Source of the DNA: Catajapyx aquilonaris
Lineage: Eukaryota
DNA: 39,664 bases
Assembly: GCA_000934665.2 (NCBI GenBank)
Contig: KZ538932.1
Location: 1-39,664, forward strand
Reading direction: 5' to 3'
The notes below the pieces were generated by a model. It was not told where the DNA came from and made no database searches. It was given only the letters and a program-made list of their open reading frames with translations. Positions 12,983 to 24,837 of the stretch are shown here, in pieces. Positions within the stretch are counted from its first letter, which is position 1. Every line of letters begins with the position of its first letter. The translations under genes and the position numbers were made by a program.

Positions 12983-14293
12983 CTAAAATGTGCCAAGACT
13001 ATTGCAGGCACTGATACAGGTGTTGAAATTTGCAAATAACTTTCTATTACTATGTAACTACTAATCTCTTTCTCAATATTGCCAGGACGGGGCAGGGACA
13101 AGCATACCCCCAAGCTACACCCAAGGGGCCGGGGATGGTACGATATCACAATTCAAACTTTCCACTCCTGCACCCACCATTCCCCTTCCTTCCCCGTGTT
13201 TACCCTACATCTGCCTCAAATGTTGGATTCTGAGTGTGCAGCCAGAGCTGCCCTGGCATAACACCTTACACTCGAATCAAGGAATGCAATGTAGCTAAGT
13301 TCTACCCTGTTCTAAGCCCCTGCACCAACATATATGACTGCAGTGCTTGCACTGACATTACACCTGGGCTACACCGGTGATAAATGTATAGACACTTGGA
13401 CAACGCAAGTATCATTGCTCGAGAAGGAAGGAATGTTAAGACGGACAATAAGTAGATGGTTGGAATGCATTTTGGTGCAGTGATAACTCCAAATAAAAAC
13501 CTGCCATAATGACTAGGACATATGTTGCTGTTAGCATCTTGTCAAAAATAAACTCTGCCCTTAGCATGCTATATCTGGCTGCACACCATCACAGGGATGT
13601 TATAGAAAAACAAGGCAAAAAATAACATGTGCGTTTTATGTTATTCGTTGAGCTTGCATTGCAGCTGGATCTGCGAATTGTCATAGGTCCAGCAGTGATT
13701 TAAGAACTACATAAAATAATAAATTTTGCTTAACACTTACAGCTGATTCTCGATAATGTAGCTGGGACATAATGATCATTGGACAAGACCTGCTATATTT
13801 TGCTTTTGATGGTATTGGTCAAGAAGGATTGTAATGGAACAAATTAAAGCATATCCGAATTTTGAGTCTAGATGTTCAATAGATGACATGCAATGTCACA
13901 AAAAAACATCTAGTAATGAACAATGTGGTGTTATTATTGTCTCATATCTTCGTTTGTAATCACTTGACTGTTATACATCAGTTGCCTTGATATTGTGTCA
14001 GGCAGGCATATATTGAACGAGAGGTTTTTGAATGCCTTTTTGATGAAGCTGGCCCAACTTGTAGGGTATATGGACACCAGAAAATGATCCCCTACGAAGC
14101 CAAAACAGCTAAGCAGGTAATACTACACCCAGGTAGGGCATTGCACTGGAATGTATATCTCAAAAACATAAAAGAGTTATTATCATGGTCTTAGTAGTCT
14201 GTGTATTTATTTCATAAATTTAGGGCACATTCAATAAAGAAGATCAGTGCCACATATTTCATCTTTAAAAATGTTTTGGTTTCTGTCTTTTAA

Positions 14294-15131
14294 GAGGGCA
14301 CTACAGTCAAAATCAAGGGTTTTGTAAAAAAATCGCTTAAAAAAAGAGACAAGAAGTTGGGACTTCATTTTCATGAATGTACATAAGTCAAAGACCTATT
14401 AGCGCCTATATTCGAATCACGTCCGTGTGTTGAAGGGCCTCCAGGGCCATGTGACGTCACGCCACTGTCGACACGATTTAGGACACTGGGGTCAACCTAC
14501 AACCGTCAGATTTTACCTCAGGCTTCCTTGAGCATGTAGTTTTCATTAGACCTAGAATTATAATTTTTGAAATCGTTTTAGTATTTTTTTGACGATTTCA
14601 GAAAGATAACTACAGTTTTGAAAAACATTTAACTAAAGTAAAAATAGAAGTAGTTCGGGCAGGCTAATTCTTTTAGGCCGAATGATAGCGCCATGTTTGA
14701 GGATAAATCTGGTGAAGTGGGAAGTCCGTAGCTAAATTTTCGTGGCCTGGGCGATGTCGACAGTGTCCAAATCCGGCAAGCTGAGAAAAACGCGTTTAAA
14801 GTTAAAAGTAGGGTAACGTAACAGAGCGATAATGCGATTCAAAAAATACGTTAGTGTCACACAGACGTGCTGTTGCCATCAGGACCGGCGCAGTGCGCCT
14901 GAGGGGGAGCAGCACCTGATGGCGCTCATGCCAGCGGGTAGGTGGGGAGAGGAGGGGGAACAGAAGGTCGTTGCCAGGCATCCGCTCCTGACGCGCCATT
15001 TTAAAAAATTTCGGGACGCGGTTTGCCGTGTTCAACGCAGGAAAAGACGCTTGATTCCCCCCCNNNNNNNNNNNNNNNNNNNAAAAAAAAAAACGCAAAA
15101 AAAATTGAAGAGCGATGACTGTAGTGCCCCC
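14294..15131. mobile_element. Kolobok-like non-autonomous element
   Basis: TTAA TSD; GAGGGCACTACAGTCA...TGACTGTAGTGCCCCC termini; contains N gap at 15064-15082. Confidence 0.75.
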
Positions 15132-15585
15132 TTAAAACCTTGCTAATGCAATATCTGCCTTCCCATTATATACTCAAGTTAACGAACATAATTATGCAAC
15201 ATCCCAATCAATTAATTACTTGTGATATGAGCAAATAAGAACATGTGAATTTCCTTAACTTTTGAAAACGACATTATATGCAACTAGTTGAACTTCAAGC
15301 CCAAAAATTTGAGGCTTCTTTCTTGCCATTACAACTCTCCATGCCAAATTTCTTTCAACTCATAAATTAGTAGATGTTATTTTCAATAATTACTGATATA
15401 GAACAGTCCCAGAATTGTCCTCCAAAAAAACAACAAATAAATGCTGCACAAACACATCCTGAGTCCTCAGAAACTGCACAAAAACCCTTCCTCTTGTTTG
15501 ATCAGCTCCAAAAATATATCATGTGCTATCATACTTTATTGGAGAGTTTTAGTTTGCTATAACTCCTGAATTTCCTAAGTCTCAC

Positions 15586-15921
15586 CCCATGGCTGAGCCA
15601 TTACTAGCCTTGGATGTTTCCTCACTTTCCAATCCATGTCTCTGAGCAGTAGTAGGTTGTCCAAAGAGGTATGAATCGTACATGATAATAAGATTCCACA
15701 CATCCCAACAGTCCTCTTCGTCAGACTGGTGGCCCAGAGAGTTAGAAGACCGAAATAGTGATCGACGAGAGAACTTGTGTGGGCTGCGAGGTAGGGTCAT
15801 GGAGACTGCCTTTTTGCGGGACGAAGCCAAAGAAGTACCATACAAAGTGAGGTTCTTCTCATCTGGTGAGATGTTGGACCTTGTCTTTTGGTACTCTAGA
15901 ACTTCTCTAATGTCCCCAGGG
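15586..15921 (-). CDS. TTLL5: TTLL5 exon (PGDIREVLEYQ...GSAMG)
   Basis: TTTGTAG acceptor in phase with the 21206 donor; DIREVLEY aligns to recalled TTLL5 ELEEVLTFY; ends at GG|GTGAGA donor or in-frame TGA at 15582-15584. Confidence 0.7.
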
Positions 15922-16074
15922 CTACAAAGAAAATGAATGTGTGACAAGATGCTAAGAGAATAAAGGGAGAAAATAGCACTAACAGTTGTTCCAAAACTAA
16001 GAGAAGGCTTAATGCTGATACTTGCACATTGAGTTTCGAAGTAATATTGCACATCTGTTGGGATACCTTGCTTA

Positions 16075-16607
16075 CATGGTGTGGCTAAAAAGATGGATGA
16101 ATGTTTGGATATCTCAAATGCAATGGATGAGACAAGCTTGAGCATGTGCATGAATATCCAGGGACATGTCTAGAAGCATGGCCACACATGTACTGCCAAC
16201 ACAGTCATTCGAGTGCAACCCATGTAAGAAGTGGCATCACAGCAATGGAGCAATGACATATCATTAAGTTCTGCTTCAAATTGGGGTAAACAGCAACAGA
16301 GACGCATGAAATGCTCATCAAAGTGTACAGGAAGGACAGTGTAACTAGAAACTGTGTATGACTGATTTACCACAATTTGAATCAGAAGTAATGTTTCGTC
16401 GTTGCTCTGTTGATGTGATGCCACTTCTCACACAGACTGTGCTCAAATGACTGTGGTGACAGTACACTTGTGGCCTTGCTTACTCCACCTAGACTTCTAG
16501 ACATGCTTCTAGATATGCCCCTGGATATTCGTGCACATGCTCAAGCTTGTCGCATCCAATGCATTCGAGATATTCGAACATTCACCAAACTTTTTAGCCA
16601 CACCATG
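16075..16607 (+). mobile_element. mariner-derived MITE with decayed transposase N-terminus
   Basis: ~100-bp TIRs CATGGTGTGGCTAAAAAG; from 16245 MEQ*HIIKFCFKLG*TATETHEMLIKVY resembles a mariner HTH. Confidence 0.8.
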
Positions 16608-16734
16608 TGTATCACCCTTCATTCCTCTCCTTCACCATCTTCTACACCCATGGCACCAAATTAAGTCACATTCATCAGACATATAGAATGTAGTGGAAAA
16701 AGGCAGAGGAGGTTGGTACACTTCTCAGTTGACT

Positions 16735-16751
16735 AGTAAGTAGTAAGTAGT

Positions 16752-16794
<43 letters not shown>
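16735..16794 (+). repeat. (TAG)n microsatellite
   Basis: direct tandem TAG units with a few TAAG variants. Confidence 0.95.
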
Positions 16795-16856
16795 CCAGCT
16801 GCTGTAATAATTGTCATCGCTGCTCTGCTCCATTAAAATGAATAAGTGTAAAAACT

Positions 16857-17109
16857 GAGGCGTCGGCGGAAAAAACCCCATATGTCCAAAATATTCATTT
16901 TCGGGATAAAATACCAGCTGGAGAGTGCAGCCATCTAGCTACAGGAACATATGATTGTCAACAGGAAAATCCCCATACGTACAACGCCTAAAAATAAATG
17001 CTGAAAATAAAGAGTTTCCATAAAAACCCCTTATGTATCCAAGAAGTTTTCCGTATTTTTCTCAAAACTACCTCGATGTGACTAATGGGGTTTTTGCCGC
17101 CGACACCTC
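16857..17109. mobile_element. Sola-like MITE
   Basis: 4-bp TSD AACT; 25-bp TIR GAGGCGTCGGCGGAAAAAACCCCAT with 2 mismatches. Confidence 0.75.
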
Positions 17110-18302
17110 AACTATTCTGACAACCTGAGGGAACTACTTGCTGCACTGATCTACAAATCTGAAGAGGTTGTAACAATAATTCCCACTCATATAGCCATAG
17201 GCAACACTAACTACACCTTAGTACAACTTTTCTGTGCCCATTTAATGCGGTTATTGTAAACTATGCATTTTGTGTAGCAATGTGGAATGACCTTGCAGGG
17301 TCAGCAAGGAGTGAATTGTTCAGTGAATCAAAATAATGGATAGAATAGGCCTACTCATAATGGTTGAAACTTAGCATTTAATTATTTTTGTACATTCTCT
17401 GCCCATTTTACATTCTTTAACTCTCAACTTGAACATGTGCTCAGGCATTAGCGTAAACATCATAATATTATAAAAATATAATGATTATATTATGCACTGC
17501 GTCCTGATCCATAAATTTGATTCACTGGACAAGTCACTCCCTGCTGATCTTGCAAGATCATTCCACACTGGTACACAAAATGCGCATAGTTTATAAACAC
17601 AATATGAAATGAGCACTGAGTGCAGAAAAGCAGTTTCAATCTGCTAAGATTCTACCACAATGAGTGTCTCCTATGGCTATACAATAGGAAAATATGGTAT
17701 ACAACCTCTTCAGATATAGTAGATCAGTGCACTCTCAGGGGGGATGAGTGCAGGGCCTGCATGAGACCTTGTCCTTACTAGTTGTGTAGATAGGGTTTTT
17801 TCTCCTTGAGGCAGCAGTGCAGCCAAGTTGTTCCATCAAGATGCCAGAATAGTTTTTTCACTGATTCATTTAATGAAGCAGAGCATCTATGACAGTGGCT
17901 ACAGCCACGGCTATGAGGACTCCTTGGGTTGCCGAACTTTTTCAGCCGACTCTCCAGCTGTGAAGCATAACCAACCTCATTGACTTATCACTACATTCTA
18001 GATGCCTGATGCACTGCACCTTCACTGGGCATCACATATGCAATAATGATGATGGAGAAGAGTGAAGCATGTATATTATGCAGTTGAATGAATGGTGCAA
18101 GTGTGGGGTGGGGAGAGGGCCCCTACCCATCACACAATAATGGACTTCAATCAGACCCGCATACTTTTTTATCTTAATTTTTGTAGATGCTGAGACTAGA
18201 TCTCCAGAAACTTTATGCCCTTGTTTTCCTCTTTATGAGGGAACCAAGAGATGTGTAATTTTGAAATTCCCATAACATGGCTCCATATGGGAAAGACTAA
18301 CC

Positions 18303-18520
18303 CTTACTGGCGTGCGGGACGCGGCAGGGGGGGTGGTGGCTGGGGGCAGCTTGGCTATGTCGCAAAGGCAGATTGATTTTTTGGATTATGGAAGGGGTAT
18401 GGTGTACCAACCTAACCTAACCAAGCCTAACCTTCCTTCCTTGCGGATACAGACCTATCTTAGCCACACAGCCCGCTGCCCCACCAACTACTACCCTCCC
18501 GCCTTCGGGACGCCAGTAAG
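18303..18520. mobile_element. small TIR element with internal CCTAA repeats
   Basis: CTTACTGGCGT...ACGCCAGTAAG; AACCTAACCTAACC at ~18409-18433. Confidence 0.55.
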
Positions 18521-18555
18521 AGCAAGTACAGCCTCCATATGGGGTTATGTGGTTA

Positions 18556-18621
18556 AAATTTTGTATGTCAACATGTGTGTATAACAGAGCTGTTCGACAC
18601 ACATGTTGACATACAAAATTT
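18556..18621. repeat. perfect 25-bp-arm hairpin
   Basis: AAATTTTGTATGTCAACATGTGTGT / ACACACATGTTGACATACAAAATTT. Confidence 0.85.
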
Positions 18622-19307
18622 GATCTCTATCAATTGCAATTATTGGTCTCATCAAGGATTACAATTATGCACTTAAACTCTGCTGTGTCAAACACAAAAG
18701 TGCAAAAATATGGTGCAACTAATATTAGTGACTGCATCATGGACAGGCAGTACCTGTTTTATGCAGCTTCACTTTAAGCAGATTCACATTAATGCCAGTT
18801 ACATAATAATCCTTGAAAATGTTTTAAATTTGAAAATGTTGAAAATAACAAATCAAAATAAACATCAACACATCCCTGAAACACTTGTGAGTCCATACAC
18901 ACTACAGTATAGGTGCTTATTTTGTATTTTGTGTTGCATTGTTGCATGGTCTATAGATATTATAATTATAGAGTACTGTATTATTGGTCACACGTACACT
19001 CCCCAAAGTACTGTAGCTTTTGCTACAGTACGCTACATGTACTGCAGTTCTTGCCAAAGAAGGGAAAGGAATGCTCAGAACCTGATGACCCTCAACCTGG
19101 AACCTCCAATTAAACATGTGTATTAAATTTTTCAGATACTCAGCATCAAAAACAGCTATATTAGTACTGTGTAGGGGAAAATTTTGGAAATTTTAGAACT
19201 ATTTCATTCACTGCCATTATTATTTTGTCTTGTTGTACACCAATTCACTTTATGCACTTGATGTATTTCTTTCCTACATTCAACTTGACCCCTTTTCCCC
19301 TGCATAA

Positions 19308-19460
19308 AGCTGCATTTACATGTGAGAAATTTGATCAGCAATGAATCCAATTGTTGCGGACGAAAGTAACAATCATGGTAACAATCGATTTTCGCCCCAA
19401 ACATTGGATTAATCGCTCAGCGATAACAGCTGATCAAATAGCTCACGTGTAAATGTGGCT
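19308..19460. mobile_element. PIF/Harbinger-like MITE
   Basis: TAA TSD; AGCTGCATTTACATGTGAG...CTCACGTGTAAATGTGGCT; related to 33267-33418. Confidence 0.7.
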
Positions 19461-19504
19461 TAAATGTTAAAAGGATTGGGTTCAATATATCATTGAGCAC
19501 ATTA

Positions 19505-20291
19505 CATGGGTTGATTCATAAGTCATGGCGCAAATATTTTTTTATTCAAAAACGGTAGCACATACAGAGATGTCCTTTGCTGAGTTTTGAAGCTCCGGCA
19601 ATTACAATATAATCTGCCATATAGGTGCCGCCCATATCGCATGGGGGGCCAGAAAACAAAAGGGGATCGTGGCTCCCTCACCACACCATCGCCCCAAGAC
19701 AGACTGAGCCTGATGTGCTTGGAGCTGTTGGACGCTGCATGCAGGACACTCGGAGATGGACAACACAGGAGCTTGCTTTCGTGTGTGGGACAAGTGAGAG
19801 CACTATGATCTGAGCCATGTGTCATCCATCACCACAAAATTTTTTAAAAACCGAAGCAGTTTGGTGGAGTGGATAAGGCGTCCGACTGCTAATACTCGGG
19901 AGGTCCTGGATTCTAGTCCTGGGGCTGGCAATCCTAACCGTGGTTTTCTGTGGTTTCCCACGGTCCACCCAGGAGAATTCCGGGGTTGCTTCCTAAATAA
20001 CAGGCCACAGCCGATTCCTTCCCTTCCTATCCTTGTCCCGTCCATGAGGAGGTGCGGTGTCGGTGGGGGATTTCTGACATGCACCTAGGCGGGAATTTTG
20101 TAGCTTGGCCCCCTGGGGGACTGCACACTACCCCCAATTTGAGACATCGCACTTACACCCGTATCCCCCCCACAAATCCCTATCCTTACCCCTGCACCGG
20201 AGAGAAAAAAAAGCGAGAAGAAATATCGTAAGAAAAAATGTTGGTAATCCAACCCCCTAAAAGGGCTCTGTTCCCTCTAATGGGGTAAAGC

Positions 20292-20371
<80 letters not shown>

Positions 20372-20820
20372 CATCACCCTCAATGCGTTAGAGTTCCAAG
20401 TGAGGGCAAAATGGTGGCACTTTTGCACCTCAAAGAGATGGCAAGGAACCAGTGAGGATGCCAACTTCCTGAGACCTTACAGTCTTTCAGAGTCCTAAGC
20501 ATACTGCTCTGAATTGTCCCACACTCGAAATCAAGCTCCTGTGTTGTCCATCGCCAAGTGTACAGCAGGCAGCGTCCAACAGCTCCAACGTCAGGCTCAG
20601 GCCGTCTTAGGGCGATGGTGCAGTAGGGGTGGGAGGGGGGGGGAGGGGGGGGGGGTGACATACCCCCTTTATTTCTCTGCCCCTCACGTGATATGGACGA
20701 CATCTATATGCCAGATAAAATTGTAATCCCCGGATCTTCAAAATTCAGCAAAGGTCATCTCTGTATGTGCTACCGTTTTTGAATTAAAAAATATGCTCCA
20801 TGACTTATGAATCAACCAAC
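19505..20820. mobile_element. long-TIR foldback MITE (same family as 808-1150) with a SINE in its spacer
   Basis: ~300-bp inverted arms GGTTGATTCATAAGTCATGG / CCATGACTTATGAATCAACC. Confidence 0.8.
19850..20369 (+). mobile_element. tRNA(Ser)-like-headed SINE with (TAA)n tail
   Basis: GTGGATAAGGCGTCCGACTGCTAAT head, degenerate B box; central domain shared with 30410; (TAA)n at 20292-20369. Confidence 0.85.
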
Positions 20821-21205
20821 GCACAAGCCAAATGATCCCAAAGTGAGAAGTGAAATAGAGTTATTGCCTCTCTGTGGATCACTTACTCTTGAGAAAGTAC
20901 CTGCTTGATATCCCTGTGAAATTATTGTGTGACATGGTAATGAATGTTATATCGCATTGTGCAGATTCTTGCATTGAACTCTGTGCTAATGCTATCATGT
21001 TAGTTTAGAAAGTGATCTAGATTTTTTTTCTGCAAGATTTGTGAATGCAATTTGTTACACACTAAAAATGGCATATTCGAAAAGGAAACAATGTGGCATG
21101 TAAAATTGGAAGGACTTTAAACTGATTCATAAGTCATGATGTTTCCAGATAATCCAAACTTCAGGTCTGGTAAGGGAGAAAGGTTCAGAGAAAGCATTGT
21201 CTTAC

Positions 21206-21372
21206 GTAGCTATGGAGAGAAAATCCTTGAATAGGGCTGTTGGGATGGCATTACAATGGGGTTCGATGGGCAACATATCCTCTGTCTCCTTCCCATAGAC
21301 ATGTATGAAGTCATGAAGCTGCTTTGCAATGATAGCTGCTCGGTCTTTTCTGGACACAGAGTCGTCTAAAGC
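21206..21372 (-). CDS. TTLL5: TTLL5 exon (ALDDSVSRKDRAAIIAKQLHDFIHVYGKETE...)
   Basis: AG/GTAAG sites, phase 0 to 2; matches recalled TTLL5 [20 protein letters not shown]. Confidence 0.9.
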
Positions 21373-21448
21373 CTGAAACACATGCTAGGTTAGGAATTTC
21401 TGGAGCATTCTATATTAGTCTGATGCTGCAATGGACACTGGAGCTAAC

Positions 21449-21602
21449 CTGGATTACACCTGGCTCCCTGACTGTCATAGCTGCCCTCTGGACAAACTGA
21501 CCAATCCGGTCCTGCTTTTGTGTGTCATCCACATCAAATGTTCTCATGTCCATAAGAGCATATTGCAAATTCTGTCCAAAGCACTTGCGCAACTGGTACT
21601 TA
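21449..21602 (-). CDS. TTLL5: TTLL5 exon (KYQLRKCFGQNLQ...FVQRAA)
   Basis: phase 2 to 0; matches recalled SKMQARIAFSAYLQ...RFLKRAS. Confidence 0.85.
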
Positions 21603-21673
21603 CTGATTAAGTGAGAAAGAAATTTTAAAAAGGTGTTACTTAGTTATTAAATTAATTCATTTCTGTTTCTTAC

Positions 21674-21746
21674 TTGAGGTTAGTACCATGCCTAATGTAG
21701 TCCAACATGCTCTTCTTTATGCCCATCCTTTCACTGTCATATGACC
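21674..21746 (-). CDS. TTLL5: TTLL5 exon (SYDSERMGIKKSMLDYIRHGTNL)
   Basis: GCAG/GTAAGA sites; phase 1 to 2 bridges both neighbours; GTNLNK resembles GNLSK. Confidence 0.8.
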
Positions 21747-21846
21747 CTGCCAAAAAACATACATGATAAGGGACTTTCTCACTTGCATCATCATCAAGGA
21801 TTCATTAATCAAGATTCATTAGTCAAGGATTGTATGACGATATATA

Positions 21847-22176
21847 CACTGTACTCCCGATTTTCCGGGTGTAGATTATCCATGCATCATCAAAAAATAA
21901 CGTTAGAAATGAAAGTCCAAAAAAATGTCAATACGTCTGGCAAAGAAATGTAGCAGACTTTTTCTAGAAGACAAACTAAAAATCTATGGTAAGTTTTATT
22001 ATTTTCATTAAACCTTATTTAAAGCAGCATACACTATGTACAGTAGTACATTAAAAACCCGTGAACAGCTCATTTTTACCGTATCTAGGACCATTTTTCG
22101 ACTATCCATGTTTTCCGATTATCTGGCGACACCGTGCATTCATTAGCATGTCGGTAGCATAATCGGGAGTACAATG
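21847..22176. mobile_element. pogo/Tigger-like MITE
   Basis: TA TSD; CACTGTACTCCCGATT...AATCGGGAGTACAATG; internal sequence matches 96-131 plus 1296-1420. Confidence 0.75.
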
Positions 22177-22233
22177 TACATTTGTAAATGAAATTGACAT
22201 TTCAACTGGAACACACAGTATGATCCACATTAC

Positions 22234-22684
22234 CTTTATTGTGGTGTAGTGAAAAGATGTTGCAAGTGACATCATAATCCCGATGACATCCTTTCAGTGC
22301 AGGTGTGTGTGGATACCTCTTCCTTGAAAGCCTCTGCACCTGTGGGAACCACATGCTGTCCTCTTGCTGCTGAAGTGCTATCTCTAATGCCCTGGCCAAT
22401 CCTCCCTCTGAATCCTCAGGGCCTGGTCGTCTACCACTACCTCCAGATTTTATGGTGAAGAAATCCCCAAACAGGAGCTCCTGTAGTATTAAGTTACGCT
22501 CCGCTGATGTGTCCAAGAAGTCTTTATATTTTGACCAAGCATCAGGGGCAGGAAAGATCAGGACATAACCTCCTCGCCGCTCCAATTCCTCCTTAACAGC
22601 TTGAGCTGTGCGAATATCTTCAGTAGTGGCTGGGACTTGGTTGCCAGACAACGAGCAAGCATCAAGAGATACAGACCGCCGACC
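22234..22684 (-). CDS. TTLL5: TTLL5 exon (GRRSVS...KEELERRGGYVLIFP...)
   Basis: TGCAG acceptor, AAG|GTAATG donor; matches recalled KEENDRRGGFIRIFP motif. Confidence 0.88.
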
Positions 22685-22702
22685 CTGCAATGTACAGGTT
22701 AA

Positions 22703-23037
22703 ATACGTGATAGGAATTCTCACAGTGACACCCCACCCCACCATTGTGATAGTTGGGGGGGGGGGGGGGGGGGGGTCACGATTCCCTTTTGTTTACCAGC
22801 TCCCCTTGCAATATGAGCGACATCTATATACCAGATCAAATTGTAATCGCCGGGAGTTTCAAAACTTAGTAAAGGTCATCTCTGTACATGTTGGCATTTT
22901 TAAATTACAAAATATGTGCAATTAAGTCATTGGGTAAGAGATGACCAAAACATGATAAAAACCATCCTTACGTCACCTATGGTAAGGAAAAGGAGTTAAA
23001 TTTTTTTATTCTCAATATCCTATAGCGGAGTACAGGG
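22703..23037. mobile_element. truncated copy of the composite element at 415-1295
   Basis: colinear with ~960-1299; ends TACAGGG-TTAA. Confidence 0.7.
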
Positions 23038-23170
23038 TTAAACCTAATCTTTCGAAAATTGAAATGTTTTTCTGGTTCCTTGGAGATTCAAGTTATAGGT
23101 TACCACTGCATTACTATATTTTGTTTTCAGTGGAGTCAAGATGCTATCAGGGCTCTAAAACAATACTGAC

Positions 23171-23403
23171 CAGACTGACTTTCTTTGCATTCTTATTCTT
23201 GGATGGTGACTTTTCTAAGGTTGACATCCGTCGAAGCACAGGATCAACAGCTGGGACACCAACCAATGTCAGAAGGTCAGTAATCATACATGCTTTAACC
23301 TTCACATCAAGGGGAGCATCACAACCCAGGGATGGGGATAGGTTCACTTCTAGTAGCCATGGCTTCAAGTTTGCATCTATGAGGATGTCAAACCCATACA
23401 ACT
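23171..23403 (-). CDS. TTLL5: TTLL5 exon ([10 protein letters not shown]...LEVNLSPSL...)
   Basis: TTL catalytic motifs; phase-1 acceptor; two in-frame GTCAGT donors after 23180 and 23171. Confidence 0.95.
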
Positions 23404-23517
23404 CTGGAAACGAAAATATATAACATTTTGCTAACAGGTACCAAGAGTTTCATCCTAAATATAAACCAGTATGACATTATTTTGGAATATATCAATACAC
23501 CTCATTTCCTTTCTTAA

Positions 23518-24257
23518 CCCCTTCACTACCAGATAGGCCCAACCAATGTAGATTTTGACTTAAGCGTACTCCGAAGATGCGGACAAGATATTTTACAAAT
23601 AATAACGGCTATACTTACCACGTGCAGGGAAAACACTATGAATGAGTCTGGAACAATTTTGCTCATCTAGAAGTCCCTAAATTAATTTCCAAAAGCAGGC
23701 TATAAAATCTGGAAATTCAGGTACTGCCGACCAACTGTTTGGCTGATTAAATTATGAAATGCGTGAAAATATGTGGAATAACAACCTTGAGAACCATGCC
23801 ATACGAATTTTCTGAACTCATCGTACTTTGCGAGAAATAAATTAGTTCTTATTTGCGACTTTCAGGCACTTCGGAAAACAGCAAATAAATTTAGGGGTTT
23901 TCCGAAGTGCCAGAAAGCCGCAAATAAGTATGAATTTATTTCTCGCAAAGTACGATGAGTTCAGAAAATTCGTCTGGCATGGTTCTCAAGGTTGTTATTC
24001 CGCATATTTTCACGCATTTCATAATTTAATCAGCCAAACAGTTGGTCGGCAGTACTCGAATTTCCAGTTTTTATAGCCTTTTTTGGAAATTAATTTAGGG
24101 ATGTCTGGACGAGTAAAATTGTTTCAGACTCATTCATAGTGTTTTCTCTGAACATAGCAAGTATAGCTGTTATTATTTGTAAAATATCTTTTTTGTATCT
24201 TCGGATTACGCGTAATACAAAATCTACGTGGTTCGGGCCCATCCTGTAGCGAAGGGG
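23518..24257. mobile_element. piggyBac-like palindromic MITE
   Basis: TTAA TSD (23514-23517, 24258-24261); CCCCTTC...GAAGGGG; ~360-bp arms with a short spacer. Confidence 0.88.
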
Positions 24258-24342
24258 TTAAGGTGGTTAAAAGGAGGAAAGAATTTAAAAAAGTTAAAAT
24301 ATTTATGTCTCATTGTTGCCATTAAAATTATCAAATACTGAC

Positions 24343-24542
24343 CAAAACAGTTCTTCCGGTGAGGCACAAACATCTTTGTAGCACTAATAATTGGCCTGGA
24401 AGCAGATATGATGGCCTTGATTACTATGTCCTTCACAGCCTCAAGTAGTTTTGATGTGTCCTTTCCCATCTTCTGGAGGTGGCGCAGCAAGGCACTGAAG
24501 CTCCATTTGTGTCCCATGTCCTCTGAATTGGTATCCTCACAC
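24343..24542 (-). CDS. TTLL5: TTLL5 exon (CEDTNSEDMGHKWSFSALLRHL...KNCF)
   Basis: phase 2 to 1, 200 nt; matches recalled GNKWSMSAMLRYL. Confidence 0.95.
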
Positions 24543-24837
24543 CTAAGTATTCATAAGAAAAATGCCCTTTCAAATTCCAATGTTTTGCTTTCCAAGAATG
24601 TGACCCTGAACAATTTCTAAGCCATTTAAAGGTCAGCAGGGTTATGTGGGGCATGATTTCATGAATGTGAATGCAGCTTTATGCATATTTCACATGAAAC
24701 ATCACTTACATTTCCCATTTGCTTGTTGAGCTGTTTTTGGGAGGCATACAATGGCAAAGGGCTATTTCACTATACATATTGTTTGCCTAACTGCAGGACC
24801 AGCCCCCGGACACTTATACTACGTTCTGGTGTTATCA

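Larger units (their letters stand above)
16610..18070. repeat. old, diverged long foldback element (approximate ends)
   Basis: 17113-17332 is inverted-similar to 17515-17853; 16672-16850 is inverted-similar to 17850-18010. Confidence 0.6.

Noticed and set aside
14000..14116. plus-strand exon-like segment faintly resembling a chemosensory protein
   Set aside because: Cys spacing is wrong and no partner exons were found
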